A DNA stretch of 62,556 bases, filler included, from Pirum gemmata (taxonomy: Eukaryota), in assembly GCA_002812295.1 (NCBI GenBank). It is 15 parts of 15 records of this genome, joined end to end, with 100 filler letters (N's around TTAATTAATTAA, not from the genome) between each part and the next. Parts side by side here need not be neighbours in the genome. Positions count along the whole stretch, not along the records: positions 50,025 to 53,853 come from PDIN01001912.1; positions 53,954 to 58,661 come from PDIN01001913.1; positions 58,762 to 62,556 come from PDIN01001914.1; 12 more parts are not named here. One strand, given 5' to 3'. A program made the translations under genes and the position numbers. Within the stretch, counting starts at the first letter, position 1. Every line of letters starts with the position of its first letter. This document shows positions 50,370 to 62,556 of this stretch, piece after piece. The notes under the pieces were generated by a model. It searched no databases and was not told the DNA's origin. It was given only the letters and a program-made list of their open reading frames with translations.

Positions 50370-50930
50370 GGTTAATTATGGTTAGGGTTAGGGTTAGGGT
50401 TAGGGTTAGCGTTAGTTATAGAGGTTTATATAACTATAATATAATTATGATTATGATTTAGGGTAAAGGTTAGGGTTAGGGTTAGGGTTAGCTATAGGGG
50501 GTTATATATTATGATTATGATTATGACTAGGGTTATGATTAGCTATAGGTTTAGGTTTAGGTTTAGGGTTGGGGTTGGGGTTAGATATAGGGGTTTATAT
50601 AATTATAATAATTATGGATATGAATAGGGTAAAGGTTAGGGTTAGGGTTAGGGTTAGCTATAGGGGTTTATTAATATATATTATAATTATGATTATGATT
50701 AGAGTTATGATTGGGGTTAGGGCTAGGGTTAGGGTTAGCTATAGGGGTTTATATAATTATAATAATTATGATTATGAATAGGGTAAAGGTTAGGGTTAGG
50801 GTTAGGGTTAGCTATACGGGTTTATATATTGATATTATAATTATGATTATGATTAGGTTTATGATTAGGGCTAGGGCCAGGGTTAGGGTTAGGGTTAGGG
50901 TTAGGGTTAGGGTTAGGGTTAGGTTATGGC
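50370..50930. repeat. Composite minisatellite of TTAGGG blocks alternating with ATT/GATTAT blocks
   Basis: Recurrent AGGGTAAAGGTTAGGGTTAGGGTTAGGGTTAGCTATA.GGG...ATAATTATGATTATG units. Confidence 0.8.
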
Positions 50931-51264
50931 AATTTATAATGATATTTATAATGATATATATAATATAATGGTAATGTTAATAATATTAATGATGATGATA
51001 ATGATAATGTGCGTAACTCTGTTATGGATACATCTGTAAATATTGATGGTGTTAAAAATGCGTTTGATATACTTTATCTCTATCAAAACGATATATTATT
51101 ATAAATTAGGGTTAGGGTTAAGGTTATATTTGGGTTTTGAAATTAGGGGAAGTACAAATTTCCTTTGTCATGTATAGCTTTTAAAATACTAGAGTACTGT
51201 TAAATTTTGTATTTTTTCAAAAAATATTAATGATAATAATAAATAACAATATTAGAAATAAAAT

Positions 51265-51324
<60 letters not shown>

Positions 51325-52628
51325 GTAATAAGCTTTTAAGGGTTCGCTAAAAAAACAGAGAAAAGTGTTGGAGACTCTATATAGTAATGATACATACATG
51401 GCAAATGACAACGATACAAAACATTAATTATATATTAATAATATATATATTATATTAATAACCATATGCATGTTATAACCATAACCATAACCACAACCAT
51501 AACCATAACAATAAGAATAAGAATAAGAATATAACAATAACAGTAACAATAGCAATAATACCAGTATACCAATAACAATAACAATAACAACACGTATAGT
51601 CAACTCGTATAATTATAGTAACAATAACAATAACAATAATAGCAATAATAATATTAATATTTTAATACTATAACAATGCAATATAATATTAATAATAATA
51701 ACAATATTAACAATAACAACAACAATAACAATAACATAACAAGAACAACAATACTATTAATATTAATAACAATAACAATAACAATAACAAAAACAATAAC
51801 AATATTAATAACAATAACAAGAACAACAATACTATTAATATTAATAACAATAACAATAACAAAAACAATAACAATTATGCAGAATAATAACAATAACAAT
51901 AACAATAACAATAACAATAACAATAACAATAACAATAACAATAACAATAACAATAACAATAACAATAACAATAACAATAACAATAACAATAACANNNNNN
52001 NNNNNNNNNNNNNNNNNNNNNNNNNNNNNNNNNNNNNNNNNNNNNNNNNNNNNNNNNNNNNNNNNNNNNNNNNNNNNNNNNNNNNNNNNNNNNNNNNNNN
52101 NNNNNNNNNNNNNNNNNNNNNNNNNNNNNNNNNNNNNNNNNNNNNNNNNNNNNNNNNNNNNNNNNNNACAATAACAATAACAATAACAATAACAATAACA
52201 ATAACAATAACAATAACAATAACAATAACAATAACAATAACAATAACAATAACATTAACAATAACAATAACAATATTATCAATATCAATAACAATAACAA
52301 TAATAATAGACTAACAACAAACTATAACAATTAACAATAACAACCTAACAATAACAACTAGACAATATAACAATTGAAATTTTATCTTTTTTTCTAAAGA
52401 AATATATATGAACGAAAGACGAAATAATCGAAATGATTAGTCGAATAATAGACTCTAGAAATAATAATAGATATATAATTGGTTGAAATTGACGAATTCT
52501 GTGGTTAAGTTAGATTTAACCAATTACTGTAGGTTTGTCTGTCAAATGTATCGCTACGTGTGCCACTCCTTGGGGAGTAGTCTAGTAGTACCGGATAGGA
52601 CTCTAGCTAGCTAGAGTCGGAATCTAGA

Positions 52629-52943
52629 CTAGACTTCTCCGAATTCTGCCCGGGCAGAATTTGGCCTTTTTCGAGAAATGACAAAATGGTGTTTTTCCTC
52701 TCTAATTCGATCAAAAGTTAATTTTCTGAAAAAAAAAAAAAAAGGAGATTGATTCTATGATATCATACCATTATAAAAATATAAGCTTGAACTTTTCGAA
52801 CCTATGTATTATTAATAAACTCGAAAAAATTAATTTCGACCAGACCAAACAGACCAAACAGACCAGAAATTCTGCTCGGCAGGAATCGAGCTTTTCGGGA
52901 CAGAAAAAGTCGAGTTTTAGGGGCAGAATTCGGAGAAGTCTAG
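52629..52943. mobile_element. 315-bp MITE with perfect 23-bp TIRs
   Basis: CTAGACTTCTCCGAATTCTGCCC ... GGGCAGAATTCGGAGAAGTCTAG; a degenerate right end also appears at 26623-26670. Confidence 0.85.
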
Positions 52944-53202
52944 ATAGGACTCTAGTAGCTAGAGCAGTCTACCCCATTTTAAAAAAAAAAGGAAAATGTG
53001 AAGAGGAAGGAACCAAAAATAGGGTGAAAAAACAGGCCAATCATAATCAAATAAAAGGTTTTCTGGTTTAGTATTGGTTCAGTTTTGGTTTCCATTTCTA
53101 AATATAGTAAAGAATGACTTTTTTTTGAAAAAAAAATTCAAAATTTGTCAAATTTATCGTTTACTGATTCGCTCAGCGTACAATACTCACAGTGTATAGC
53201 AG

Positions 53203-53434
53203 AGTAGGGGTGAGATATCTACTGGAACTTTTTTCGAACAGATGCTTATCGAGCCTAACTTAGTTTCGTGTTCTTTACTAATAATAGCAGTTAAATAGCG
53301 TAATATAGTAATTATAATTATGGCAGATACCAATTAAAGTAACAATATTAACATTAATAGTAATAAAACCATAAAATCGGAAAAGTTCTGGCAGCTGCTC
53401 GGTAATAATAAATTGACGTCATCTCACCCCTACT
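53203..53434 (+). mobile_element. MITE family A copy
   Basis: Perfect 14-bp TIR AGTAGGGGTGAGAT / ATCTCACCCCTACT; subterminal TGACGTCA. Confidence 0.8.
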
Positions 53435-56135
53435 ACTAAAATCTCGCTAAAATACAGCTTCAAATACCCCTACCTACCTACCTAACCCTCGACGTTAATT
53501 TCCGGTCAAATACCACCTACCTATCTACACCTTGACGTGACGTATTATTTGAACGCACCCTAATAATAATAATAATAATAATAAAAATAATAAAAAAATA
53601 TCACAAAAAATATCTATATATGTAAATATAATGAAAAAATAAAAGATAATTATTGGATTTTAAAGAAGGCTCACGGAAAATCATAACTAGATTTTATCAC
53701 TGAATATGGTTACATTACTTTCCCTCTTACTGACCCTAACCAATCCAGCTTAGCAGTAGAGTCTGAGTAGACCCGTCTAGCGTAAATTTTATTCAGTTCA
53801 AGGGGGTTAAAATAATAATAAAAAAAAAATTTAATAATAATAATGATAATAAANNNNNNNNNNNNNNNNNNNNNNNNNNNNNNNNNNNNNNNNNNNNTTA
53901 ATTAATTAANNNNNNNNNNNNNNNNNNNNNNNNNNNNNNNNNNNNNNNNNNNNAAGTGTCCGTCCTAGCTAGCTAGGTATAATTATTGGTATGATATTAA
54001 ATTTTATTGTATAGACTATATGAACTACTATATGATCAGCTGTATATTATGATATCATAATAATAAAAAAAAAAAAGTAAAGATTCAGATTTTTCAACAG
54101 ATATTTATATTATTCAGAATATTTCTCTATTAGGAATATTTCTAGATTCATTATAGATAGTGTTTGTGGGGCTTTTTGGCTATTTTTTTTTTACTATGAT
54201 AGTCTATCATATTATCGTATCGTCTACAAGGAGTCACAGACGCCATTTTCCTGGGGTCTAAGCAGGTCTGACTGTCTGAGGTCTATAGTAGACTCTATAC
54301 TTCTATTATTCTTTTATTTCTATATGTCATATTTTATTATGTAAAAAAGTGCTTTTTTTTTTTTGACAGTTGCACCAACCATATTTGAATATCCTTTTCA
54401 AAACGAACTAATAGAATGATTCTAAAGAATCAAATCTACAGTACAGCCTGTACAGGTAATACTGGCAGTCAGTAGACTCAGTACTCAGTAGTACCAGTGT
54501 AGTACCTACTAGCTAGCTAGCTCTAGCTAGCTAGAAGCTATCGATAGTAGACTAGCTAGAGCCCTACTAGCTAGAGACTACAACTTCTACAAGTTCCCCC
54601 CGTCAAACCACTTGTCCACCGGGGACTCCGCCCGGGTCGGCGCCGCTGGGGTTTGGTTTGGGTGTCCAAGTAGTGCTAGCTAGCTCGAGTAGTTCTAGCC
54701 AGCTACAGTCCTTCGTACTAAAAACATAGGGCACCAAAAATTTGTTATTCATAATGAAATGACTAATACAACATAATCCGCAACCTCCTACGCGTTTAAA
54801 ACCAAGGACTTCAAAAAAAAATTTTGAAGTCCTTGGTTTAATTAACTACCTTTAACTATCATACCATCATAATTAAGTTGTCCAAAATATTCCTTTTAGG
54901 ATCAGCAAAGCGCGGGTCTATATTATAGGTCCTTCTGGTAGGTCCTTATAGGTCTAGCTAGAACTGTTTTGTCATCATATCATTATAAAATATACAATAA
55001 ATACCAAATTAATACAATATAAATCCATTTAATTTAATTTGGCATATTTTATTATCTATGTATTGATATGAAAATATCAATTTAAATATTATAACCCTCC
55101 AAATAAATATTTAGAGAGACAAAATTATTATTCTTTTCATTCTTATTATTATTATTATTAATTATTATCATTATTATAATTGTAGTTATGATTATGATTA
55201 GTTCATTATTATTACTACTCAAAAGATGGAAATCTTTTTTGAAATATCATTAAAAAGGCTATATTAATAATACCTATTAATATTAAATCTATTCTTTATA
55301 CCACCATGGTGCCGGGTATATAATTATTGTATTATCATACATATTTGTGCTGAATATAATCCTTTACATAAAGTATATTAAATTATTCTGTTTATTAATA
55401 CTTATCCCACAACATCCCCTGGACATTTCAACTCATAATCTTCCAAATCCATCAACGAATTCGAAGCAATATTAATATTATGATAATGATTTAAATACCA
55501 GTTGCAACTTGCAAGGCCCCGGTCCCCACCAAATATTTCTACTAGACTAGTCTATTAATTAAGATCTAGTCTATAACACTATTTTTCGAATTCAAACTAT
55601 TGTGCTTTTCATTTATTTATGTCACTCTGAATATTTATTTGGAGGGTTAGAATCTTTACATTGACATTTTTAAATCAATACATAGATATTGAAATATACC
55701 AATGGATTTATATTGTATTAATTTGGTACTATTTATTGTATACTTTATGATTACAAAACAACTGAAAAGCACTACATTTATAAAGTTGTGGATTGATAAA
55801 CTATTGATAATTTCATGATAATTTCATAGCATAGCATATATAGCATGGGTCACTACAAAGATTTTTCCTGTGCAAAAACAATTTCTCAAAATGTATTAGT
55901 TTGGTCACGTGTTGCGTTTATTAATGTTATGCATACAGCTAAAAACCCAATTGGCATGGATAGATATTCGTCTATATATATATAGTAAAAAAACACTCTT
56001 TTTCGCGAAAAAGAGTGTTTTTTTACTATATATATATATATATCCATCATTATTAAACTTAATGCTTCTTCAAATGTTATCTTGCCAAAATTAACCTTTT
56101 CACAGTGTTATAACAGCTTATAATAACTCTTTCTT

Positions 56136-56657
56136 GAAACCATTTATCAGAAACTCATCAACTCTATAATCACTATACATAAATTTTCTCCTTCACAAAT
56201 AATTATAAGAGATAGGTGTCTACATATAAATAAACAAAAGCCCTAGAACAAAAGCCTAACAAAAGGTTCAGTTTTTTTTTTAGAATACACTTTACTTCCA
56301 CAATGTCTTGTTATTATTAAAAAAAGTATACACTGTATCAACTAATAAGTCTACTCACTTACTATACTCATTACTGGTGGTTATACTAACATAATGGTTT
56401 AAATTATGTTTATAATGCTTATTCACTGCATTAAATATTTCTTTATGAATTTGTACTTTTAATAGTTCTAAATTTTCTAATGCTTCGGAAAAAGTTTGTG
56501 TAATGTATTGAAACCATTTATCAAAAACTCAGCTCTATAACTGTGCATGATAATATCATATACTATGCATAAATTTTCTCCTTCACAAAATAAGAGACAG
56601 GTGTCTATATATAAATAAACAAAAGCCTGGCAAAGGTTCAGTTTTTTTTTTTTAGAA
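56136..56657. repeat. Direct repeat pair (~150 bp each) downstream of the oxidoreductase
   Basis: 56136-56285 and 56510-56657 share GAAACCATTTATCA...CATAAATTTTCTCCTTCACAAA...AAAGGTTCAGTTTTTTTTT. Confidence 0.85.
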
Positions 56658-56746
56658 CAATTTACATAAAAAAAAATTTTTTTTTATTAGAAAAGCTTTA
56701 AAAGTAAAATTGAAAAAGCAACAAAAAGATTATTTGGATTTAAAAT

Positions 56747-57061
56747 TTATATTCCATACTCTTCAGGAATTTCAATAATTACGTTTTCGTAATTGTTATG
56801 CATTGAGTTCAATATAGCATTGACAACACATTGTGTAACCATGGTTAAATTATAAAAGTAAAAATCAACAGCTTTTTTTTCTTTAACCAAATGACTAAAA
56901 TTAGTAAACATATTTTGTTCCTGAATACAACCTTTGATTGCATGAACTTTTTCCACACCATTTATAATGGTAGTGTATTTATCATTACCTTCAGGATCAC
57001 GAGGTAAAACAAAGTCATTACAAGTTAACTTATTACCATCACTAAATGTTACTTCCATCAC
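56747..57061 (-). CDS. Last exon of a Gfo/Idh/MocA-family oxidoreductase
   Basis: TTTGTAG acceptor; VMEVTFSDGNKLTCNDFVLP...QEQNMFTNF...TQCVVNAILNS; in frame with the upstream exon. Confidence 0.75.
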   Translation of the reverse strand: MMEVTFSDGNKLTCNDFVLPRDPEGNDKYTTIINGVEKVHAIKGCIQEQNMFTNFSHLVKEKKAVDFYFYNLTMVTQCVVNAILNSMHNNYENVIIEIPEEYGI

Positions 57062-57409
57062 CTACAAATAATAACAGTAATGATAATAATAATGATAACA
57101 ATTAGCAAACCAAATGGGTTAGGGTTAGGGTTAGGGTGATAAATTAATGATAACAATTAGCAAACCAAATCAAATATATTCTTATTTAATGTAAGGTATA
57201 AATAGATAAGAAAGTAATGCCAATAATAGCAATAACAAAAGTAATAATAACAATCATTTATATTATTACAATATTAATAAAAATAATAAAAAACAAAGAT
57301 AAATATTAACAATAAAAATGAAAATAGCAATAAAGACCCTAAAAGTAATAGCAAATAACTTATGAAAACATATAACGACAACAATAATTCAATTTTAATG
57401 TAACTATAC

Positions 57410-57654
57410 CTGCTGATGGTCAACTTTAAAAGAATTAAAAAAGCTTATTTTTTTTGTTTTTTCCTTGTCAAAATAAACCTCTGCATTTAACTCCACACAA
57501 ACATTATTATCATTTAATTCAGCATTCACACAGCGGGCTGAATATGGAGCGACAAATGATTTATTACCATTTAAATCATTTTTATCATTATTTTTACTTG
57601 AGTTACAAGCAAATGAATACATTGCAAAACGGATATTATACCAACCCAAATCCC
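57410..57654 (-). CDS. Internal exon of a Gfo/Idh/MocA-family oxidoreductase
   Basis: TTTTAG acceptor, GDLGWYNIRF (family GDxGWY motif)...FFNSFKVDHQQ, GT donor. Confidence 0.78.
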
Positions 57655-57805
57655 CTAAAAAGAATAAAGTAACTATTTAATAATACTAATAATAATAATA
57701 ATANNNNNNNNNNNNNNNNNNNNNNNNNNNNNNNNNNNNNNNNNNNNNNNNNNNNNNNNNNNNNNNNNNNNNNNNNNNNNAAAACAAAACAAAACAAAAC
57801 AAAAC

Positions 57806-57836
<31 letters not shown>

Positions 57837-58011
57837 AGATAAATAAAAGCCAAAGAAAACAGTACAGTATAAAATAAATTAATAAATATATTATATAACT
57901 AAGGATATAATAAAATCTTAAAGCGAACGTTGAATTTTGGAGTTATGATTAGAGCTAGCATTAGTTAAGGTTGGGGTCAGAGTTAAAGTTTGAGTTTGAG
58001 TTTGAACAAAC

Positions 58012-58315
58012 CTGATAACATTTGCCTAGCTTTTTGAATTTTGTTGAACTCTTTTTTGTTTGTTATATCCAAAAAATTCCCAAGCAAACCATAACAAAAA
58101 CCAAATAGGTATGCGCAGAAAGTAATTGCTAAAAATATATACGAATATCTATTCATGCCAATTGGTTTTTTAGTTGTATAACGTTGTTTCATATGCAAAA
58201 CAAAAGTGAAAAAAAACAAACAAAACGCAACACAGGACCAAACTAATTCATTTTGAGCAAAAACGTATTTACTAAGAAATTGTTTTTGTACAGGAAAATC
58301 TTTGTAGTGACCCAT
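58012..58315 (-). CDS. First exon of a multi-pass membrane protein
   Basis: ATG start, two hydrophobic helices, GTTTGT donor. Separated from the oxidoreductase exons by an N gap. Confidence 0.6.
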
Positions 58316-58963
58316 GCTATGAAATTATCAATCCAAACTCTTTAGCTATTTTATGTAGTTTGAAAAATAGTGTTGTTTCTTCACATTACTACTGTCATTA
58401 GTATTATATAGTATTATATTATTTGTTATTATGTTCTTGTTATTAATCGATAACACTTAAGCTTATTTAATATTATTTGATGTATTGGTTATATTTTTTA
58501 TCATTATTATCGTTGTTTTTATTTATCGAAATACGTACTTTAATATAAATTAAAAAATAAATTACAAATACTAAATCAAAAACAAAAACAACTGGTAATG
58601 AAATATTGACCCATTGAACAAAAGAAGTAGGGTATGAGTGGGCTATGAGTGGGCTGTGGTGNNNNNNNNNNNNNNNNNNNNNNNNNNNNNNNNNNNNNNN
58701 NNNNNTTAATTAATTAANNNNNNNNNNNNNNNNNNNNNNNNNNNNNNNNNNNNNNNNNNNNAAAAAAACAAAAAAAAAAAAAAAAACAAAAAAAAAACGG
58801 AAATTATTGATATAAAAACCAAAACAAACCAAAAGAAACCACACCAAAACCAAACAGAAAAACAAATATAGTATATACTTTACTTGTACACACAAAGTTT
58901 GTTTTTGTTCTTTTATTTATTATTTTTTACTAAAGTTTTTTTTTATAAAAAAGCGAAACAAAA

Positions 58964-59233
58964 ATGAGTGAAACAAAAATGGGTAAAGAAATATCTGAAA
59001 AGTATATTAATTCTACTGATGTGGATATGCAAGTCATCTCCCACAATGGACAAGATTTTATTGACCAAACTTTACCTAGCTACAATAACAATCATGACGA
59101 TAGCGATGATTCCACTTTTTTTTTGAGTAAAGATTTGCCATGCATCCCAAAGTTTCTGAGAACTGGGTTTTCACAGAATATTATTGTTGGTTTAGTCGCT
59201 CTTGCATGTCCAGGAATGTTTAACGCTTTATCT
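58964..59233 (+). CDS. First exon of a UNC93-like (DUF895) MFS transporter
   Basis: QNIIVGLVALACPGMFNALS (CPGMFNAL signature) followed by a GTAAGT donor. Confidence 0.85.
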
Positions 59234-59418
59234 GTAAGTTACTGTTTGAAGTTATAAAATTATTATTTTGATCTTTTATTGTTACTTGATAGATGTTTTA
59301 TTATCATTGTTTTTTTATATTATTATTATTTATTATTTATTATTTATTATTTATTATCGTTATCATTATCATTATCATTATCATCATTATTATCATTATT
59401 ATTATTATGCTGGTGCTG

Positions 59419-59456
<38 letters not shown>

Positions 59457-60079
59457 CATTATCATTAATATTATTATTATTATTTTCATTATTATTGTTA
59501 TTGTTATTGTTATTCATGTTGTGTTTTAAATTTGTGTTGTTTTTGAAGGTTATAATCTATAATGTCATCAGTGAACAAATCTTTGTAGAACGAGTGAGCT
59601 GTATTAAGTATTCCTTATGTATTTATATGTGTGATATTGTTGTGATCAATTAAATTTGTTATGTTTCTGTTGACCCCTGTTAGTTTTGAAAAGGATTTTT
59701 GGAATATAATAAAAGATGGTGTGGAAGTTTCGGTGCCAATATATTGTTGTATTTAGTTTGTTTATTTTGTTTTTTTGTTTGTCAAAAGGTATGATAATAT
59801 GATATAGTCTATTATGTTTTCTCTAGCTTAGTATCAGATAGTGTAGTCATGATTTGTTAGTCTAGCTAGCTAGTAGTAGGTCTCACTGGTGGAGCTATGA
59901 TATCTGATATCAGTATCGTGATATCGATAGTTTTATCATAATATTATACTAGCTAGCTGTCGGTAGCGAGTGTGAGCCCTACTAGCTAGCTAGCTAGCTA
60001 GTAGTCTGAGCTCTACTAGCTAGTAGTAGCTAGCTAGTTAGCTAGTACTAGTGGCTAGGCTAGTCTACTATCATACTAG

Positions 60080-60841
60080 CTAGAGTCAAGTTGTAAAAAA
60101 CGGGTGGTTTTGTCTTACTCGACCGATAACTTTAGAAGTAGTCTACTCAAGCTATGGAGGAGCTATGGGCACGAAAATTACATGTACTAAAAGCGCTTGG
60201 CTTGCCCTAAACTTCTTACCGATATTTTTTTTTAAGTCATTAGACTATGTAGACTATAGTTAGACTAGTAGTCTAAGTCCTTGATATCGAAATATTCCAA
60301 AATTTCATGTATTCTGAGCGATTTTAATTAATTTCATTGGCTAATATTTTCAGACTAAAATTAATTAAAAATTTTCAAAAAAGAAAAAATAAGATTCGAG
60401 CCGAAATTTAAGTCTACAAAAAACTAAGTTTTTTGGCTTGAAATAAAAAAATAGTCGAGTCTAATAAATTTAATTTTTTTAATTTTTTTTATTTTTTCGT
60501 CTTATTTATCAAAATTTAGAGCTCTTCATGCTCTAAGTGTTTGGCTAATTACTTTTTATACATAAACATTTTATAATTAAATAGCAGCGTTTATTCGTTA
60601 TTTTATGTAAATTTTTGTAAATAAACCAATAAAAAAAAACAGTCGAGCATTCCACTTCCTGCAAAAAATTGCTGGTTTGGCCATCTGGGGCTAAAAAAGT
60701 CTATTTTTATCATTTTTTTATGCTGTTCATTTTTTTCGATCAATAAAANCATTTTTTTATGCTGTTCATTTTTTTCGATCAATAAAATACATTTTCGGCC
60801 GGAATATATGAAGCCGTCCGTTTTTTACAACTTGACTCTAG
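60080..60841. mobile_element. 762-bp non-autonomous DNA transposon with perfect 24-bp TIRs (hAT-like TAGAG end)
   Basis: CTAGAGTCAAGTTGTAAAAAACGG ... CCGTTTTTTACAACTTGACTCTAG; no ORF and no clean TSD seen. Confidence 0.85.
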
Positions 60842-61056
60842 TAGGTCTAGCTAGTAGCTATGATAGCCTATATGATAGCTACTACCTAGCTAGAGTCCCA
60901 GTCTATCCAGCCGGTCTAGTCTATCGGTCTTAGTGTGTATCATACCAGGTGCCTCAGCCAGTTGCCTGGGCCTACTAGCTAGCTGACAGTAGTGATTCAT
61001 ACCTATCACAATAGCTACTAGTCTAGCTATCAGATAGCTAGCTAGTATGTCATAGC

Positions 61057-61299
61057 AGGAGGGGTGACTACCCCCTTTGCGAACATTTAAGGGCGAGGGT
61101 GAAGTGGAAGGCTATTCGCCACTTCGCAGTTACCATAAATAATACTTATATAGCTATAAATAGTAACTACTATTTTAAAAGCTTCTATTAATAGTAGCTA
61201 TTGTACTATTTAAAGTAATTTTAATCACAAAAATTTCATTTTGGCGAACTTTTGGTACCAGAGCCTTCAATTAGTAAAATGACGTCATCTCATCCCTCC
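61057..61299 (+). mobile_element. MITE family A copy with 9-bp TSD
   Basis: AGGAGGGGTGA...TGACGTCATCTCATCCCTCC flanked by TGTCATAGC on both sides (61048-61056 and 61300-61308). Confidence 0.85.
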
Positions 61300-61838
61300 T
61301 GTCATAGCCTACCTAAGTAACCTAACCCTAACCCTAACAGACCCTAAGCTAACCCTAACCTTAATTAACCCTTCTATTTAGCTCTATTTAGCAGTGAGAA
61401 AACGAAAGTTTTTTTTTTCATTTTTTCTCTTTTTCTGATATATTCAATACTAGTAAAGTAGTCTATCAGTATTTAATAATATAGATACTATTATAATATT
61501 ACATATTACATATCATACTATTATACCAGAAACTAACTACATAATATATCTATAATATAATACCATAATACTACCATAATACATATTATAATAATATAAT
61601 ATCAATTTTATCAAAAAAACTTATACGATATTATCACAACATAAATAAATATTAGACTATTATCACATTTATAAACCCAAAAAGCCACAATTTATACTTA
61701 AATATATATCAAAACTATCATGTTCTTTCTTCAAATGTTGATATAAATGTACATATTCTATATATGTACATTGTATAGGTCGTTTATAACGTTTACTAAT
61801 TACCAAATAGGCTAATAAATATAATTCTCATAATATCA

Positions 61839-62465
61839 ATGTCAGAACAAAGCGATGCTGCCAAGGCTAGTCGCAGGAAGTCCAAGTCTTTTAAAAAATT
61901 TAACTTACTAAGATCGTCTTTAAGGCAAACAAACTCCCCTACCACTGCAAGGTCATTAGGTACTTTAGTAGATGCATTAGAAGAACAAAAGAGAAAAGAG
62001 AAAAGCCAACATGAGGAACAGAACCGAAGATCGACAGCAGAAGGGAAACGAAAAAGTGTTGGTGCTAAATATACTACTTCGGAACCTGATTTGCATCAAA
62101 TTTCCCCAAAGTCCACTGGCGCCACAATCTCTGACACAAATAATAAATCTTTAATGAGAACAAAATCTAATCCGACGAGTAGTATAATGAAAACCAAACC
62201 TGAAGGTAATATGGGTGAAGGATCGACTAATCATGATAACAACTTAAAAGAGGTAACTGATGAAAACATACTTGACGCTCTTGATTTGATTGATCAATGT
62301 ATATCATCGTCACGAAGTACTAACCGAAAAAGTTTAGATAGAAAGACACGTGTTGGGATAGCCAAAAACAATGGTAACAAAGTCCAGTTTACATCAAAAA
62401 ACCATTTTGAAAATGAAGAAACCTTTTCAGATAAAAAAGATTCCAATTCCAAAAAGCCGGATGAG
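61839..62465 (+). CDS. First exon of a Ser/Lys/Arg-rich, probably disordered protein
   Basis: 209 open codons from ATG to a GAG|GTGAGT donor; no domain recognised. Confidence 0.7.
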
Positions 62466-62556
62466 GTGAGTGGTCAAGGATTTAAAATGTTAGGTTGGCC
62501 TAGGGAATTCATATATATATATATAAGGGTCTAAGGATACTACACTAAAAATATAC

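Noticed and set aside
54595..54670. Short very GC-rich island
   Set aside because: Single copy in the window with no ORF or recognisable RNA fold.
60711..60787. Exact ~38-bp tandem duplication
   Set aside because: The copies are separated by a single N, typical of an unmerged contig overlap.

Overview
AT-rich eukaryotic genomic DNA with GT-AG introns, microsatellites and many TTAGGG-type tracts. It is not one locus. Fourteen identical 100-nt spacers (44 N + TTAATTAATTAA + 44 N) join 15 unrelated short scaffolds of about 3.8-6.4 kb, so adjacency across spacers means nothing. The source is plausibly a unicellular holozoan or similar protist, but that is inference only. Most computed ORFs are low-complexity artefacts. 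Recognisable host gene fragments: a PDZ exon, an Unkempt-like CCCH plus RING/IBR ligase, glyoxalase II, a Cys-repeat plus lamin-tail-domain protein, a Gfo/Idh/MocA oxidoreductase and a UNC93-like MFS transporter. Mobile DNA: a MULE-type SWIM fragment, a 5'-truncated LINE, a decayed Fanzor/TnpB and several MITE families. The most striking segment is 22701-26521, a compact, intronless, virus-like gene cassette. It encodes two H-type-lectin-like proteins, a PD-(D/E)XK nuclease and a complete WASP-like actin nucleation-promoting factor (coiled coil, poly-Pro, 3x WH2, C helix, acidic tail with Trp). All family assignments come from motifs recognised by eye; no searches were run.
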